DNA of 64,000 nt from contig OZ242318.1 of the NCBI GenBank assembly GCA_965208105.1, positions 4,224,001 to 4,288,000 on the forward strand, written 5' to 3'. This document shows, one piece after another, positions 39,159 through 48,735 of the stretch. A program made the position numbers and the translations under genes. The notes under the pieces are model-generated. The model was not told the origin of the DNA. It saw only the letters and a list, made by a program, of their open reading frames with translations, and did no database searches. Every line of letters starts with the position of its first letter. The stretch's first letter is position 1. The stretch comes from Candidatus Latescibacterota bacterium. GTDB lineage: Bacteria > Latescibacterota > UBA2968 > UBA8231.

Positions 39159-39326
39159 CTAGTGTCCCGTCGCAGAAATATGTCGACATTATTCCGCCGA
39201 TCCATCCCAGCTCACGGCGTTGCCTTCACTCGCCGTACACCACTGGTACGGCTCGCTCAGGCGCCTTGTGCGCCGGGCGCCTCGGCGGCCCAATTTCGTC
39301 AACCTATCTCTGCGTCGGAACACCAG
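39159..39326 (+). mobile_element. MITE-like element, copy B (full length, 168 bp)
   Basis: Imperfect 22-bp TIRs CTAGTGTCCCGTCGCAGAAATA / TATCTCTGCGTCGGAACACCAG (18/22); nested internal stems incl. CCGTAC-N7-GTACGG; no transposase ORF. Confidence 0.82.
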
Positions 39327-39339
39327 CGCAGGGGGTGCA

Positions 39340-39564
39340 ATGTCGAAGACGAAGAAACCAGTTGAGCAGAGAGCGGGGACCCCGGCCAGCGACCAGGAGG
39401 ATCTGCGCGCTGCCCTGATCGGGCAGGTCGTCCATCCCTATATCGAGGGACAGAAATTGCAGTCGGAAAGGCCGTCGAAGCCGGGTCCGGCGCCTGACGT
39501 TGGGGCGGGGCGCGAGCGCTCTCCCCGTGCCCAGGGAAGCCCCCATCGGATTCGACATCGATAG
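39340..39564 (+). CDS. Possible small hypothetical protein (74 aa)
   Basis: ATG with G-rich upstream sequence, fills the gap before FAR; no recognisable motif. Confidence 0.3.
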   Translation: MSKTKKPVEQRAGTPASDQEDLRAALIGQVVHPYIEGQKLQSERPSKPGPAPDVGAGRERSPRAQGSPHRIRHR

Positions 39565-39642
39565 GCAGGCCGGGTGCTTCCGCCCAGGCTCGAGGTCGGT
39601 CTTCAGCCAGGGCACAGTGCTCCGGCCTGACACACTTTCTCT

Positions 39643-41304
39643 ATGGCGGATATCAGAGGATTCTACAGCGACCGAACCGTACTGCTGACGGGGGTCACCG
39701 GTTTTTTGGGCAAGGGGATCGCGTCGAAGATTCTGCGCGACCTCCCGGGGGTCCGCCGGCTCTACGTTCTGATCCGCAGCCACAGGCAGCCGGATGGCTC
39801 ATCCGTGCCGGTGGATGAGCGTCTTGAAAAGGAATTCTTCGCCACCAGCGTATTCGACCGCTTCAGGGAGTCCGAACCCGACGGCTACGCTGCAATCCGC
39901 GCCAGGACGGAGGCAGTCAGCGGCGATATCCTGGAGCCCCGCCTGGGGATTGAAGCCGCGGTCTACGCGCAGTTGAAAGCCGAGGTGGACCTGGTCATCA
40001 ACAGCGCCGCCGCGGTGGACTTCGACGCTGCTCTCGATAAATCCCTCGAGCTCAATACCCTGGGGCCGCAGCGGGTCCTGGAGTTCGTCCACGACTGCCG
40101 GCAGGGCACCGTTCTGGTCCAGGTCTCCACCGCCTACGTGAACGGCAGGCGCTCGGGCTCCATTCCCGAAGCTCCCCTTCCCGTGGACCGCACCATCGCC
40201 CAGTTGATGCGGACCGAGCCGCCGTCGCGGCCCTTCGATCCGGAGGAAGAGGTCGCCGCCTGCCGCGCTTGTTGCGATCGGATCTACGAGCAGGCCGAAG
40301 GCGAGGCCCGGCAAGTGGAGTTTCGCCGGCAGGTGCTGGACCAGAACGGCGGGCGCTCCCTTTCGGAGACGCGCATGGCCAAGCTCGTGAACGGCCGCTC
40401 CAGGCGCTGGATCGAGACCAGGCTGGTGGAGGAGGGAATGCGCCGCGCCAGCGCCTACGGCTGCAACGACATCTATACCTTTACCAAGGCACTGGGCGAG
40501 CAGATGCTTGTCAAGCACCGCGGTTCTGCGCCCCTGGTGATCGTGCGGCCAAGTATAATCGAGGGCAGTCTGGAGGACCCCGAGCCAGGATGGATCAGCG
40601 GTCTCAAGGTCGGCGACCCCCTGGTCGTCGCCTATGGCCGGGGTCTGCTGCACGACTTCCCCGCGCGGCCCGACGTGCCCATAGACATGATTCCGGTCGA
40701 TCTGGTCGTCAATGCGGTGCTGGCCTCCGCCACCCATGCAGACCGCGACGAGGTGGGCGTCTTCCACGTGGCCACCAGCGCCGAGAACCCGCTGCTCAAC
40801 GCCACCATGTTTTCCTATGTCAGAGAGTACTTTCTCAGCAACCCCTTGCGCACCAGGGATGGAGGAACTCCCGCGCTGCCGCGTTTGACCCTGCCGAGCC
40901 GGCGCAAGTTCAATACCCTTATCCGCGTAAAATACCTGATTCCCCTGGCCGCCCTGAGGTGGCTGCTGGAGCGGCTGCCCAGGCGATGGGCGCCGGCGCA
41001 AAAGAAGCGCAGATTGAACGCGCTCCGGACCCGGCTCAAGCGAGTGCTCTACTATACCGAGCTATTCAGCCCCTATACCTTTCTCGACTGCCGTTTCGAG
41101 GTCTCCCGGCTGCGCTCCCTCTTCGATTCCCTGTCCGCCGAAGAGCGGCGCATCTTCAACATGGACGTGCGCCGGATCCGATGGCCGGAGTACTACAAGG
41201 AGATCCACCTTCCCGGACTGAGAAAACACGTGCTGAAGGAAGAGAGCGAGGACGACCCGCTGTTGCAGGAGTCCTCCGCAACAGCGCTAAACTCCAGGAC
41301 CTGA
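39643..41304 (+). CDS. Fatty acyl-CoA reductase (alcohol-forming; NAD_binding_4 plus Sterile domain)
   Basis: TGVTGFLGK, NSAAAVDF, VSTAYV, YTFTK, IVRPSII, IPVDLVVN, C-terminal F.MD.R.I.W..Y...HLPGL. Confidence 0.88.
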   Translation: MADIRGFYSDRTVLLTGVTGFLGKGIASKILRDLPGVRRLYVLIRSHRQPDGSSVPVDERLEKEFFATSVFDRFRESEPDGYAAIRARTEAVSGDILEPRLGIEAAVYAQLKAEVDLVINSAAAVDFDAALDKSLELNTLGPQRVLEFVHDCRQGTVLVQVSTAYVNGRRSGSIPEAPLPVDRTIAQLMRTEPPSRPFDPEEEVAACRACCDRIYEQAEGEARQVEFRRQVLDQNGGRSLSETRMAKLVNGRSRRWIETRLVEEGMRRASAYGCNDIYTFTKALGEQMLVKHRGSAPLVIVRPSIIEGSLEDPEPGWISGLKVGDPLVVAYGRGLLHDFPARPDVPIDMIPVDLVVNAVLASATHADRDEVGVFHVATSAENPLLNATMFSYVREYFLSNPLRTRDGGTPALPRLTLPSRRKFNTLIRVKYLIPLAALRWLLERLPRRWAPAQKKRRLNALRTRLKRVLYYTELFSPYTFLDCRFEVSRLRSLFDSLSAEERRIFNMDVRRIRWPEYYKEIHLPGLRKHVLKEESEDDPLLQESSATALNSRT

Positions 41305-41313
41305 GCCCATCCC

Positions 41314-42075
41314 ATGTACCCTTACCTGTTCGAGATCGGTCCAGTAACCATAGCCAGCTTCGGCACCATGGTGGCCCTGGGATTTCTGGCGGCCCTCCTG
41401 GTGCTGAAAAAGGATTTGCTCCGCAAGGGAATCGACGGCGACCTGGCCGGGTCGATAATCACTGCCGGCATGCTGGGGGGACTGGCCGGCGCCAAGCTCT
41501 ATTTCATCCTCTTCGAGGCGCCCCACAACACGACCTGGAAGCAGACCTTCGGCGCGGTTTTTTCGGGGAGTGGGCTGACCTGGTACGGGGGTTTCATCGT
41601 CGCAGCCGCCGTGACCTGCTGGATCATAAGGCGCCGGGGAGCCCCCTTTCTCCAGGTGGCGGACAGCATGGGACCGGCCCTGGCCCTGGGCTATGCCATC
41701 GGGCGCATCGGGTGCCAGCTCGCCGGAGACGGAGACTATGGAATCCCCACCAGTCTGCCCTGGGGGATGGCTTATCCCGACGGCGTGGTCCCCACCTTTG
41801 AAAAGGTGCATCCCGCCCCGGTCTATGAGACCTTGACAGGACTGGGGATCTTTGCCGTTCTGTGGTCGACCCGCAGGCGTCTCGCAACCCCCGGTCTTTC
41901 CTTTTGCCTCTACCTTGTCCTCGCCGGCATCGGCCGCTTCCTGGTGGAGTTCATCCGCCTCAATCCCAAGGTGCTCTGGGGGTTGACCGACGCCCAATTG
42001 CTCAGCCTCGCCATGGCGGTCGCCGGCATGGCAGGGGGAGCAAGGCTGCTCCGAAGCCACCTGCGGGTGGGTTGA
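41314..42075 (+). CDS. lgt: Prolipoprotein diacylglyceryl transferase
   Basis: [41 protein letters not shown]. Confidence 0.92.
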   Translation: MYPYLFEIGPVTIASFGTMVALGFLAALLVLKKDLLRKGIDGDLAGSIITAGMLGGLAGAKLYFILFEAPHNTTWKQTFGAVFSGSGLTWYGGFIVAAAVTCWIIRRRGAPFLQVADSMGPALALGYAIGRIGCQLAGDGDYGIPTSLPWGMAYPDGVVPTFEKVHPAPVYETLTGLGIFAVLWSTRRRLATPGLSFCLYLVLAGIGRFLVEFIRLNPKVLWGLTDAQLLSLAMAVAGMAGGARLLRSHLRVG

Positions 42076-42076
42076 A

Positions 42077-43552
42077 ATGGCCGGGACCTCGAGATATCCG
42101 CGCATTTCCAGTTTCAAAAAAGTGGAGGATTTCCGCCGCCACTGCGCCGCCCTCGGCCTGGACCTGCCCTGTGACGAGCAGGTCCTGGGGGCTCCGGAAT
42201 CTCCACTGGCGCAGCCCTGCCGACTGGGTCCGCGGCGCTGCGGCAATCGCTTCGCCATTCAGCCGATGGAGGGATGGGACGGCACCGAAGACGGATTGCC
42301 CACCGACAGGGTGCGCAGGCGCTGGAGGAATTTCGGTCGCAGCGGCGCCAAATTGATCTGGGGCGGCGAGGCGTTCGCGGTCTGTCCGGAGGGACGCGCC
42401 AACCCCAACCAGCTGATGGTGCGCCGGGAAAGCCGGGCAGGATTGGCCGAACTGCGCGGCCTCCTGCTCGCGGCCCACGGCGAGCACCACGGATCAGTCG
42501 ACGACCTGGTGGTGGGTCTGCAGTTGACCCATTCGGGACGCTTCTGCCGGCCCTACGCCAAGGACCGCATGGAGCCCGTCATCCTCTACCGCCATCCGAT
42601 CCTCGACCGGAAGTTCGGCCTGGCTCCGGACTATCCGGTGCTGGAGGACGGCGGTATCGAAAAGTTGATCGACCTCTACGTCGAGGCGGCCGCCATCGCC
42701 CAGGACGTGGGCTTCCATTTCGTGGACGTCAAGCACTGTCACGGCTACCTGGGGCACGAGTTCCTCAGCGCCCACACCCGTCAGGGGAAGTTCGGCGGCT
42801 CCTTCGAGAACCGCACCCGTTTCTGCCGCGAGATCGTCCGGGGAATCCGTCTCCGCTGCCCCGGCCTGATGGTCGGCGTGCGCCTGAGCGCCTTCGATTT
42901 CGTGCCCTTCCGGCCCCAGCCGGACCAGGGCCGGGGAGGGCGCCCGGGACCGGGCGTCCCGGAGCCGTACGAGGACTGCCTGCCGTACCGCTACGGGTTC
43001 GGCATGGAGCAAGGGGCGCCCCTGCGCATCGACATGGACGAGACCTTCGCCTTCATCGAGATGCTGCAGGGATTGGGGGTCGAGCTCCTCAATATTTCAT
43101 GCGGAAGCCCCTACTACAATCCCCACATTCAGCGCCCGGCCCTCTTCCCGCCCTCGGACGGCTACCAGCCCCCCGAAGATCCCCTGGTTGGAGTGGCGCG
43201 CCAGTTGGGCACCGCCGCCCGCATAAAGGAGCGCTTCGCCGAAATGCCGGTCGTGGGCACGGGCTACTCCTACCTGCAGGAGTACCTGCCCCTAGTGGCC
43301 CAGGCCGGCGTCAGGGAGGGCAAGGTGGACTTCGTCGGTCTCGGCCGGATGGTGCTGTCCTACCCGCAGCTGCCGCGCGATGTGCTGCAACTGGGCAGGA
43401 TGGAGCGCAAACCCGTATGCCGCACCTTCAGCGACTGCACCACCGCACCGCGCAACGGCATGGTATCGGGATGCTTCCCCCTGGACCCGTTCTACAAGAA
43501 TTCCCCGGAGGCGGGAATCCTGAAAAAGATAAAGGCAGGCGCGCGCCGTTGA
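42077..43552 (+). CDS. NADH:flavin oxidoreductase (Old Yellow Enzyme family)
   Basis: [33 protein letters not shown]-terminal CxxxxxC. Confidence 0.9.
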   Translation: MAGTSRYPRISSFKKVEDFRRHCAALGLDLPCDEQVLGAPESPLAQPCRLGPRRCGNRFAIQPMEGWDGTEDGLPTDRVRRRWRNFGRSGAKLIWGGEAFAVCPEGRANPNQLMVRRESRAGLAELRGLLLAAHGEHHGSVDDLVVGLQLTHSGRFCRPYAKDRMEPVILYRHPILDRKFGLAPDYPVLEDGGIEKLIDLYVEAAAIAQDVGFHFVDVKHCHGYLGHEFLSAHTRQGKFGGSFENRTRFCREIVRGIRLRCPGLMVGVRLSAFDFVPFRPQPDQGRGGRPGPGVPEPYEDCLPYRYGFGMEQGAPLRIDMDETFAFIEMLQGLGVELLNISCGSPYYNPHIQRPALFPPSDGYQPPEDPLVGVARQLGTAARIKERFAEMPVVGTGYSYLQEYLPLVAQAGVREGKVDFVGLGRMVLSYPQLPRDVLQLGRMERKPVCRTFSDCTTAPRNGMVSGCFPLDPFYKNSPEAGILKKIKAGARR

Positions 43553-43580
43553 AGCTGCGCATCCCAAAGGAGAAAGGGCC

Positions 43581-43949
43581 ATGATTGACAAGATTCACAA
43601 GATCGCCGTGGTAACGGACGACGTCGAAGGAGCGGTGGAGTTCTATACCCGTTCCCTGGGGTTGAAGGAAGTGGAGCGCCTGCCCAAGGACGACGACGAG
43701 GACTTCGTCTTTCTCGACGCCGGCGGTTTTCTCCTGGAGCTGATGCCCCAGAAGACCATGCAGGCCGAGGTGGGGTTTCACCACATTTCCTTCAAGGTCG
43801 ATAGTGTATACGAAGCAGGCCGCGAGTTGCAGGACAAGGGAGTGGAGCTGGAGAAGGAGCCCTTCGATGCCGGGGTAGGGGGTATTCACCTGTCCTTTTT
43901 CAGAGGACCGAACAATGTCCTGTTGCAGTTGTTCCAGCGCAACAAGTGA
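43581..43949 (+). CDS. VOC family protein
   Basis: KIAVVTDDVE.AVEFY..SLG, HHISFKVD, FFRGPNNVLLQL. Confidence 0.88.
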   Translation: MIDKIHKIAVVTDDVEGAVEFYTRSLGLKEVERLPKDDDEDFVFLDAGGFLLELMPQKTMQAEVGFHHISFKVDSVYEAGRELQDKGVELEKEPFDAGVGGIHLSFFRGPNNVLLQLFQRNK

Positions 43950-43973
43950 CAATTTTCAGAGAGGAGAAGGATC

Positions 43974-44747
43974 ATGGCGCGAGTGAAGGCTACATTTATC
44001 GGACACGCATCCTTTCGATTCCAGTCCGAGAAGGGCACTGTCATATACTTCGATCCCTGGCTCGACGACAACCCCACCGCCGAGATGAAGCTGTCCAATG
44101 TGAGAAAGGCGGACATCGTCATCGGAACCCACGGGCATAGCGATCACCTCGGGGACTGTTTCGAAATCTGCCGCCGCACGGGGGCGAAATTCGTCGGCAG
44201 CTACGAACTTGGCGTCGCCGCCGAGGCCAACGGTCTAAAGATGGGCCGCCGGGCAATGTCGATGAATCCAGGGGGCACGGTGCGGATAAAGGATGTGAAC
44301 ATCACCATGACCCAGGCCCACCACTCGCTTTCCATGTCTCCCCACGTACTGGGGGAGGGGCTCCCCTCCGGCGCCATCCTGCACCCGGACGGCGCCGTGG
44401 GAGGCTTCGTGATGGCCTTCGACAACGGCATCACCATCTACGACTCCTCGGATACCTGCGTGTTCGGCGACATGCAGCTCATCGGCCAGATGTACGGTCC
44501 GCAGATCGCCATTCTGCCGGTGGGCGGCCAGTACACCATGGGAGTGCGCGAGGCGGCGAGGGCAGCCAGCTTCCTCCGCCCCGACATCGTCATCCCCTGC
44601 CACTACGGTCCGATCATGGGACAGCCGGCGGACATCGGGTCGCTGGCGCGGGAGGTCCGGTTTCTCTCTCCCAATACCAGGGTGGTGGAGCTCGACGTGG
44701 GACAGTCGCTGACCTACACCGCCAGTTCCTTCAAGGTCGGCGGCTGA
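43974..44747 (+). CDS. Metallo-beta-lactamase-fold hydrolase (UPF0173-like)
   Basis: GHASF, DPWL, THGHSDH, YTMG, IPCHY. Confidence 0.9.
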   Translation: MARVKATFIGHASFRFQSEKGTVIYFDPWLDDNPTAEMKLSNVRKADIVIGTHGHSDHLGDCFEICRRTGAKFVGSYELGVAAEANGLKMGRRAMSMNPGGTVRIKDVNITMTQAHHSLSMSPHVLGEGLPSGAILHPDGAVGGFVMAFDNGITIYDSSDTCVFGDMQLIGQMYGPQIAILPVGGQYTMGVREAARAASFLRPDIVIPCHYGPIMGQPADIGSLAREVRFLSPNTRVVELDVGQSLTYTASSFKVGG

Positions 44748-44775
44748 TCCGGGGGCCGCAGAGGCGGGAGCAGGA

Positions 44776-45777
44776 ATGATAGAGAAGCCGGAAGTCATCA
44801 TCAGCGGTTTTGCCGACGAAGGTCCTCCCGGGAAGAAGGCGGAGGACCAGCTGGCCATGCTGGCCGCCCTGGGGATGTCCTTTTACAGTCTGCGCTTCGT
44901 GGATGTGGGGCAGGGGGTCAAAAACGTGATGCAGCTGACCCGCCGCGAGATCAGGACCCTCCGCCGCCTTCACGCCGAGTACGGAATCAGGGTCTCCTCC
45001 ATCGGCTCGCCCATCGGCAAGATCAAGCTGGCCGACGTGGAAGACGGCAGCTCCAACGCCTACGTTCCCTTCAAGACCTACCTGAAAAGGGAGGTGGCCC
45101 GCGCCATCGATCTGGCCGGGGAGTTCGACACCCGGTTGATTCGCGGCTTTTCCTTCTACCATCCGCGCGGAACCAGCCCCCGGGACTATCTCGACCAGGC
45201 GGCGGACCGCCTTGCCCAGATCGCCGACGCGTGCCGGAGCGCCGGCGTGTTTTTCGGCCTCGAGGTGGAGGCCAACCTGGTGGGACAGAACGGCCGCCTT
45301 CTGCGGTCCATCTACGGCAAGGTCCGCAATCAGCACCTCTACCTGATCTTCGACGGGGGCAACCTCGCGAGCCAGAATCTCACCAGGGAGCAGACTTTTG
45401 CCGAGTACCAGGCCATGCGCCGGGGAATCGGCTGGATGCACGTCAAGGATTATGAGATCGATCCGGCCCTGGAGTGGAAGGGGCACGTGGACGAGGAGCG
45501 GCTGAAAAATTTCGTCCCCGCAGACCGGGGAGATTCGGGCCACGAGGAGATCCTGCGCGATTTCAGGAATCGCCTTCCCGCGCTGGGGCGGCGCCTGCGG
45601 CGGCAGGGAATCCCTGGTGTGTTCCTGGAACTGGAGCCCCACCTCAGGGGGGGAGGACAGTTCGGTGGTTTCAGCGGGGTTGACGGATTCGGCGTGGCTC
45701 TGCGCGCCTTGTTGAATCTGCTGGACTACAGCGGGATAGGCTACCGCCTGGCCCAGTACGGCGATTTGCGCCAGTAG
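44776..45777 (+). CDS. Xylose-isomerase-like TIM-barrel protein (sugar phosphate isomerase/epimerase)
   Basis: SGFADE, SIGSPIGK, IRGFSFY, FDGGN, HVKD, LEPHL. Confidence 0.85.
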   Translation: MIEKPEVIISGFADEGPPGKKAEDQLAMLAALGMSFYSLRFVDVGQGVKNVMQLTRREIRTLRRLHAEYGIRVSSIGSPIGKIKLADVEDGSSNAYVPFKTYLKREVARAIDLAGEFDTRLIRGFSFYHPRGTSPRDYLDQAADRLAQIADACRSAGVFFGLEVEANLVGQNGRLLRSIYGKVRNQHLYLIFDGGNLASQNLTREQTFAEYQAMRRGIGWMHVKDYEIDPALEWKGHVDEERLKNFVPADRGDSGHEEILRDFRNRLPALGRRLRRQGIPGVFLELEPHLRGGGQFGGFSGVDGFGVALRALLNLLDYSGIGYRLAQYGDLRQ

Positions 45778-45788
45778 AAGGGGGCCGC

Positions 45789-47282
45789 ATGGGCAGGGGC
45801 TACGAGGATTTCATCCGGCGGGCGCGGGAACTGCAGGATATCAGCCATGCGCAGGCCTTGCTCCACTGGGACCAGGAGACCTTCCTGCCGCCCAGGGGGA
45901 ACGCGATGCGGGCGCGGAGCAGCGGAACTCTGGCAGGGATCTACCACGAGAGGCTCATCCACCCCGACCTCGTGGACCTGGTTAAAAGACTCGGGGAGGC
46001 CGGCCTTCAGGGAGACGAGGCGGTCAACCTGCGCGAGCTGGAGCGCGAGCAGAGCCGGGCCTTGAAGTTGCCCGGGGAGCTGGTGATCGAGCTCGGCAGG
46101 ACCACCTCCCTGGCCCACGAGGCCTGGGTCGAGGCGCGCCGGAAGTCGGACTTCCGGCACTTCGAGCCCTGGCTCGAAAAGGTGGTGGGTCTCAAGCGGG
46201 AGGTAGCCCTCCGGGTGGGCTTCGAGGGGTCGATCTACAACGCTCTGCTCGACGAGTACGAGCCCGGCTGCAGGATCGAGGATATCTCCTCCCTTTTCGC
46301 GGATTTGAGGAGGCGCCTCGTTCCCCTGGTGGAGCGCATCGCCGCCGCCGAAAGGAGCCCCGCCACGGGAATCCTCGATCAGGAGTTCCCCGTGGAGGGG
46401 CAGGAGTACTTCGGGAGACAGGTCATGGCGGACATGGGCTTTGACCTGGAGGCCGGCCGCCTCGATGTCTCGGTGCATCCCTTCTGCTCCGGGATGAGCC
46501 CCGCCGATGTGCGCCTGACCACCCGCTACAGCCCGCACAGGCTGGGGGAGTCCCTGTTCGGAATCATCCACGAGAGCGGGCACGGACTCTACGAACAGGG
46601 ATTGCCCGCAGAAGCCGCGGGGACCCCGCTGTGCGCCAGCATTTCCCTCGGCATCCACGAGTCGCAGTCGCGCCTGTGGGAGAACATGGTGGGACGCAGC
46701 AAAGCCTTCTGGAAGCACTATCTGCCGCGCCTGCGCGAGGTCTTTCCGCAACAGCTGCAGGGAGTCGGCCTCGAGCCCTTCTACGCCGCGGTCAACCAGG
46801 TGGAACCTTCGTTCATCAGGGTCGAGGCCGACGAGGTGACCTACAATCTGCACATCCTGCTGCGCTTCGAGCTGGAGCGGGAGCTCCTGGAGGACAAGGT
46901 GCCGGTGGCCGGCCTGCCCGAGGCCTGGAACGAGCGCATGGATACCTATCTCGGCATCCGTCCTCCCAACGACGCCCAGGGGGTGTTGCAGGACGTGCAC
47001 TGGTCCTCCGGCCTGCTGGGCTATTTCCCCACCTACACCCTGGGCAACCTCTACGCAGCCCAGTTTTACCACCAGGCCCGCAGGGATATTCCCGATCTCC
47101 TCGACCAAGTGGAGGAGGGCCGGCTGGGAGGATTGAAGGCCTGGCTCAATGAGAAGATCCACGCGCGCGGCCGCCGGGTCGGCGCTGCCGAACTGGTTGC
47201 CGAGGTAAGCGGGAAAGCGCTCGAGGCGGACTATTTCATGGACTACCTGGAGACAAAATTCGGAGCCCTGTACCAGATATGA
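45789..47282 (+). CDS. Carboxypeptidase M32 (Taq-like)
   Basis: HPF, HESGH (HExxH), HESQS, IRVEADEVTY, QDVHW, GYFPTY.LG. Confidence 0.95.
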   Translation: MGRGYEDFIRRARELQDISHAQALLHWDQETFLPPRGNAMRARSSGTLAGIYHERLIHPDLVDLVKRLGEAGLQGDEAVNLRELEREQSRALKLPGELVIELGRTTSLAHEAWVEARRKSDFRHFEPWLEKVVGLKREVALRVGFEGSIYNALLDEYEPGCRIEDISSLFADLRRRLVPLVERIAAAERSPATGILDQEFPVEGQEYFGRQVMADMGFDLEAGRLDVSVHPFCSGMSPADVRLTTRYSPHRLGESLFGIIHESGHGLYEQGLPAEAAGTPLCASISLGIHESQSRLWENMVGRSKAFWKHYLPRLREVFPQQLQGVGLEPFYAAVNQVEPSFIRVEADEVTYNLHILLRFELERELLEDKVPVAGLPEAWNERMDTYLGIRPPNDAQGVLQDVHWSSGLLGYFPTYTLGNLYAAQFYHQARRDIPDLLDQVEEGRLGGLKAWLNEKIHARGRRVGAAELVAEVSGKALEADYFMDYLETKFGALYQI

Positions 47283-48535
47283 AGAAGGATGTGGAGGTCC
47301 TGGTCATAGGCGGCGGAGTGATCGGCATATGTTCTGCCCACTACCTGGCAGAGTCGGGCCGCCGGGTCACGGTGGTGGAGCGCGGCGAGATCGGCTCGGG
47401 ATGTTCCTACGGCAACTCCGGTCTCATCGTGCCCAGCCACAGCGTGCCGCTTTCGGCTCCCGGCACCGTGCTCAAGGGGCTCAAGTGGATGTTCGACCCG
47501 GAGAGTCCCTTCTACATCAAGCCGCGGCTGGACTGGGACCTCCTGTCCTGGCTCTGGAAGTTTCGCGGCTGTTGCAACAGGGGACATCTCGACCGGGCGG
47601 CGCCCCTTATCCGCGACCTCAGCCTGGAAAGCCTGAGGCTCTACCATGAGTTGGCCGCCCTGGGGGATCTCCAATTCGGCTTCGAGCAGCGCGGCGTGCT
47701 GGCTCTCTACAACAGCCGGGAGGGGCTCGCCGAAGGTGTGGAGGAAGCGCACTTTCTGCAGGGCATCGGCATCGAGGTCGAGGTTTTGAGCGCGGAACAG
47801 GTGCGCGCAAAGGAACCCAACGTCCACATCGCCGCCCGGGGCGGGGTCTACTATGCCCAGGACGCCCACCTCACCCCCGCCCTTTTCGTGTCCGAGCTCG
47901 CCCGCCACAGCCGCAGCCAGGGGGTGGACATCAGGACGCAGACCGAGGTCCTGGGCTTCGAGATGGCCGGGGGCAGGGTGCGCGGGGTGCGGACCACGAA
48001 GGGGGATTTCGCGCCCGCGGAGGTGGTGCTGGCCGGTGGTTCCTGGTCCGCATCGATCGTCCGTGACCTGGGGCTCAAGCTGCCCATCCAGCCCGCCAAG
48101 GGCTATCACGCCACTTTCAGGCGCCCGCAGAATTGTCCATCCATCCCCTTTCTGCTGGGGGAGGCCAGGGTGGGGGTGGGTCTCATGCTCGACGCGGTCC
48201 GCTTCGCCGGCACCCTGGAGCTTGCCGGGCTCGATCTGAGCATCGACCAGCGCCGGGTCCGGGCCATCCTCAGGGCCGTCCCCGAGTACGTTCCCGACCT
48301 CGACCCGGCGCGGCTCGAGCTGGTGGAGATCTGGCGCGGACTGCGGCCCTGCACCCCGGACGGACTTCCTCTGCTGGGGCGGACGCGGACACCTTCCAAC
48401 CTCACCGTCGCCGCCGGCCACGCCACCATCGGGGTGTCCCTGGGGCCGGTTACCGGAAAGCTGGTCTCCCAGGTGGTGAGCGAATCGGAGACCGGGTTCG
48501 ATCTGAATGCTCTCGCGGTCGAGCGCTTCGGATGA
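47279..48535 (+). CDS. FAD-dependent D-amino acid dehydrogenase (DadA-like)
   Basis: GGGVIG, SYGNSG, PAKGY, W.GLRPCTPDGLP, GH...G.SLGPVTG; ATGA overlap with the M32 gene. Confidence 0.9.
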   Translation: MKKDVEVLVIGGGVIGICSAHYLAESGRRVTVVERGEIGSGCSYGNSGLIVPSHSVPLSAPGTVLKGLKWMFDPESPFYIKPRLDWDLLSWLWKFRGCCNRGHLDRAAPLIRDLSLESLRLYHELAALGDLQFGFEQRGVLALYNSREGLAEGVEEAHFLQGIGIEVEVLSAEQVRAKEPNVHIAARGGVYYAQDAHLTPALFVSELARHSRSQGVDIRTQTEVLGFEMAGGRVRGVRTTKGDFAPAEVVLAGGSWSASIVRDLGLKLPIQPAKGYHATFRRPQNCPSIPFLLGEARVGVGLMLDAVRFAGTLELAGLDLSIDQRRVRAILRAVPEYVPDLDPARLELVEIWRGLRPCTPDGLPLLGRTRTPSNLTVAAGHATIGVSLGPVTGKLVSQVVSESETGFDLNALAVERFG

Positions 48536-48544
48536 TCTCGAGAA

Positions 48545-48596
48545 TTGTCAAACTACATATCAAGACTTGACAAATGAGGTTGAATTTTCTTAAAAT
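48545..48596 (+). promoter_or_regulatory. Sigma70 promoter overlapped by palindrome TTGTCAA-N15-TTGACAA
   Basis: TTGACA (48567-72)-N18-TAAAAT (48591-96) in an AT-rich island. Confidence 0.6.
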
Positions 48597-48735
48597 TAAC
48601 GGTTTGAAAAATCACATCGCATTACACCACAACGACAAACGAGGAAAAGGAGGTGAGGAAGCGCAATCGTTTGTTCTTCGAGAATTGCCTAGTTTGCTTC
48701 AAGATCCAACCATAAAATTAAAAGGAAGGATAAAC

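Noticed and set aside
48574-48735. N-terminal extensions in the ORF track (here and for trpB, mraY, rpsA-like, mlaF, aspC, MlrC, MFS)
   Set aside because: Downstream ATGs with better RBS or family-typical N-termini were chosen; the extensions overlap promoters or neighbouring genes
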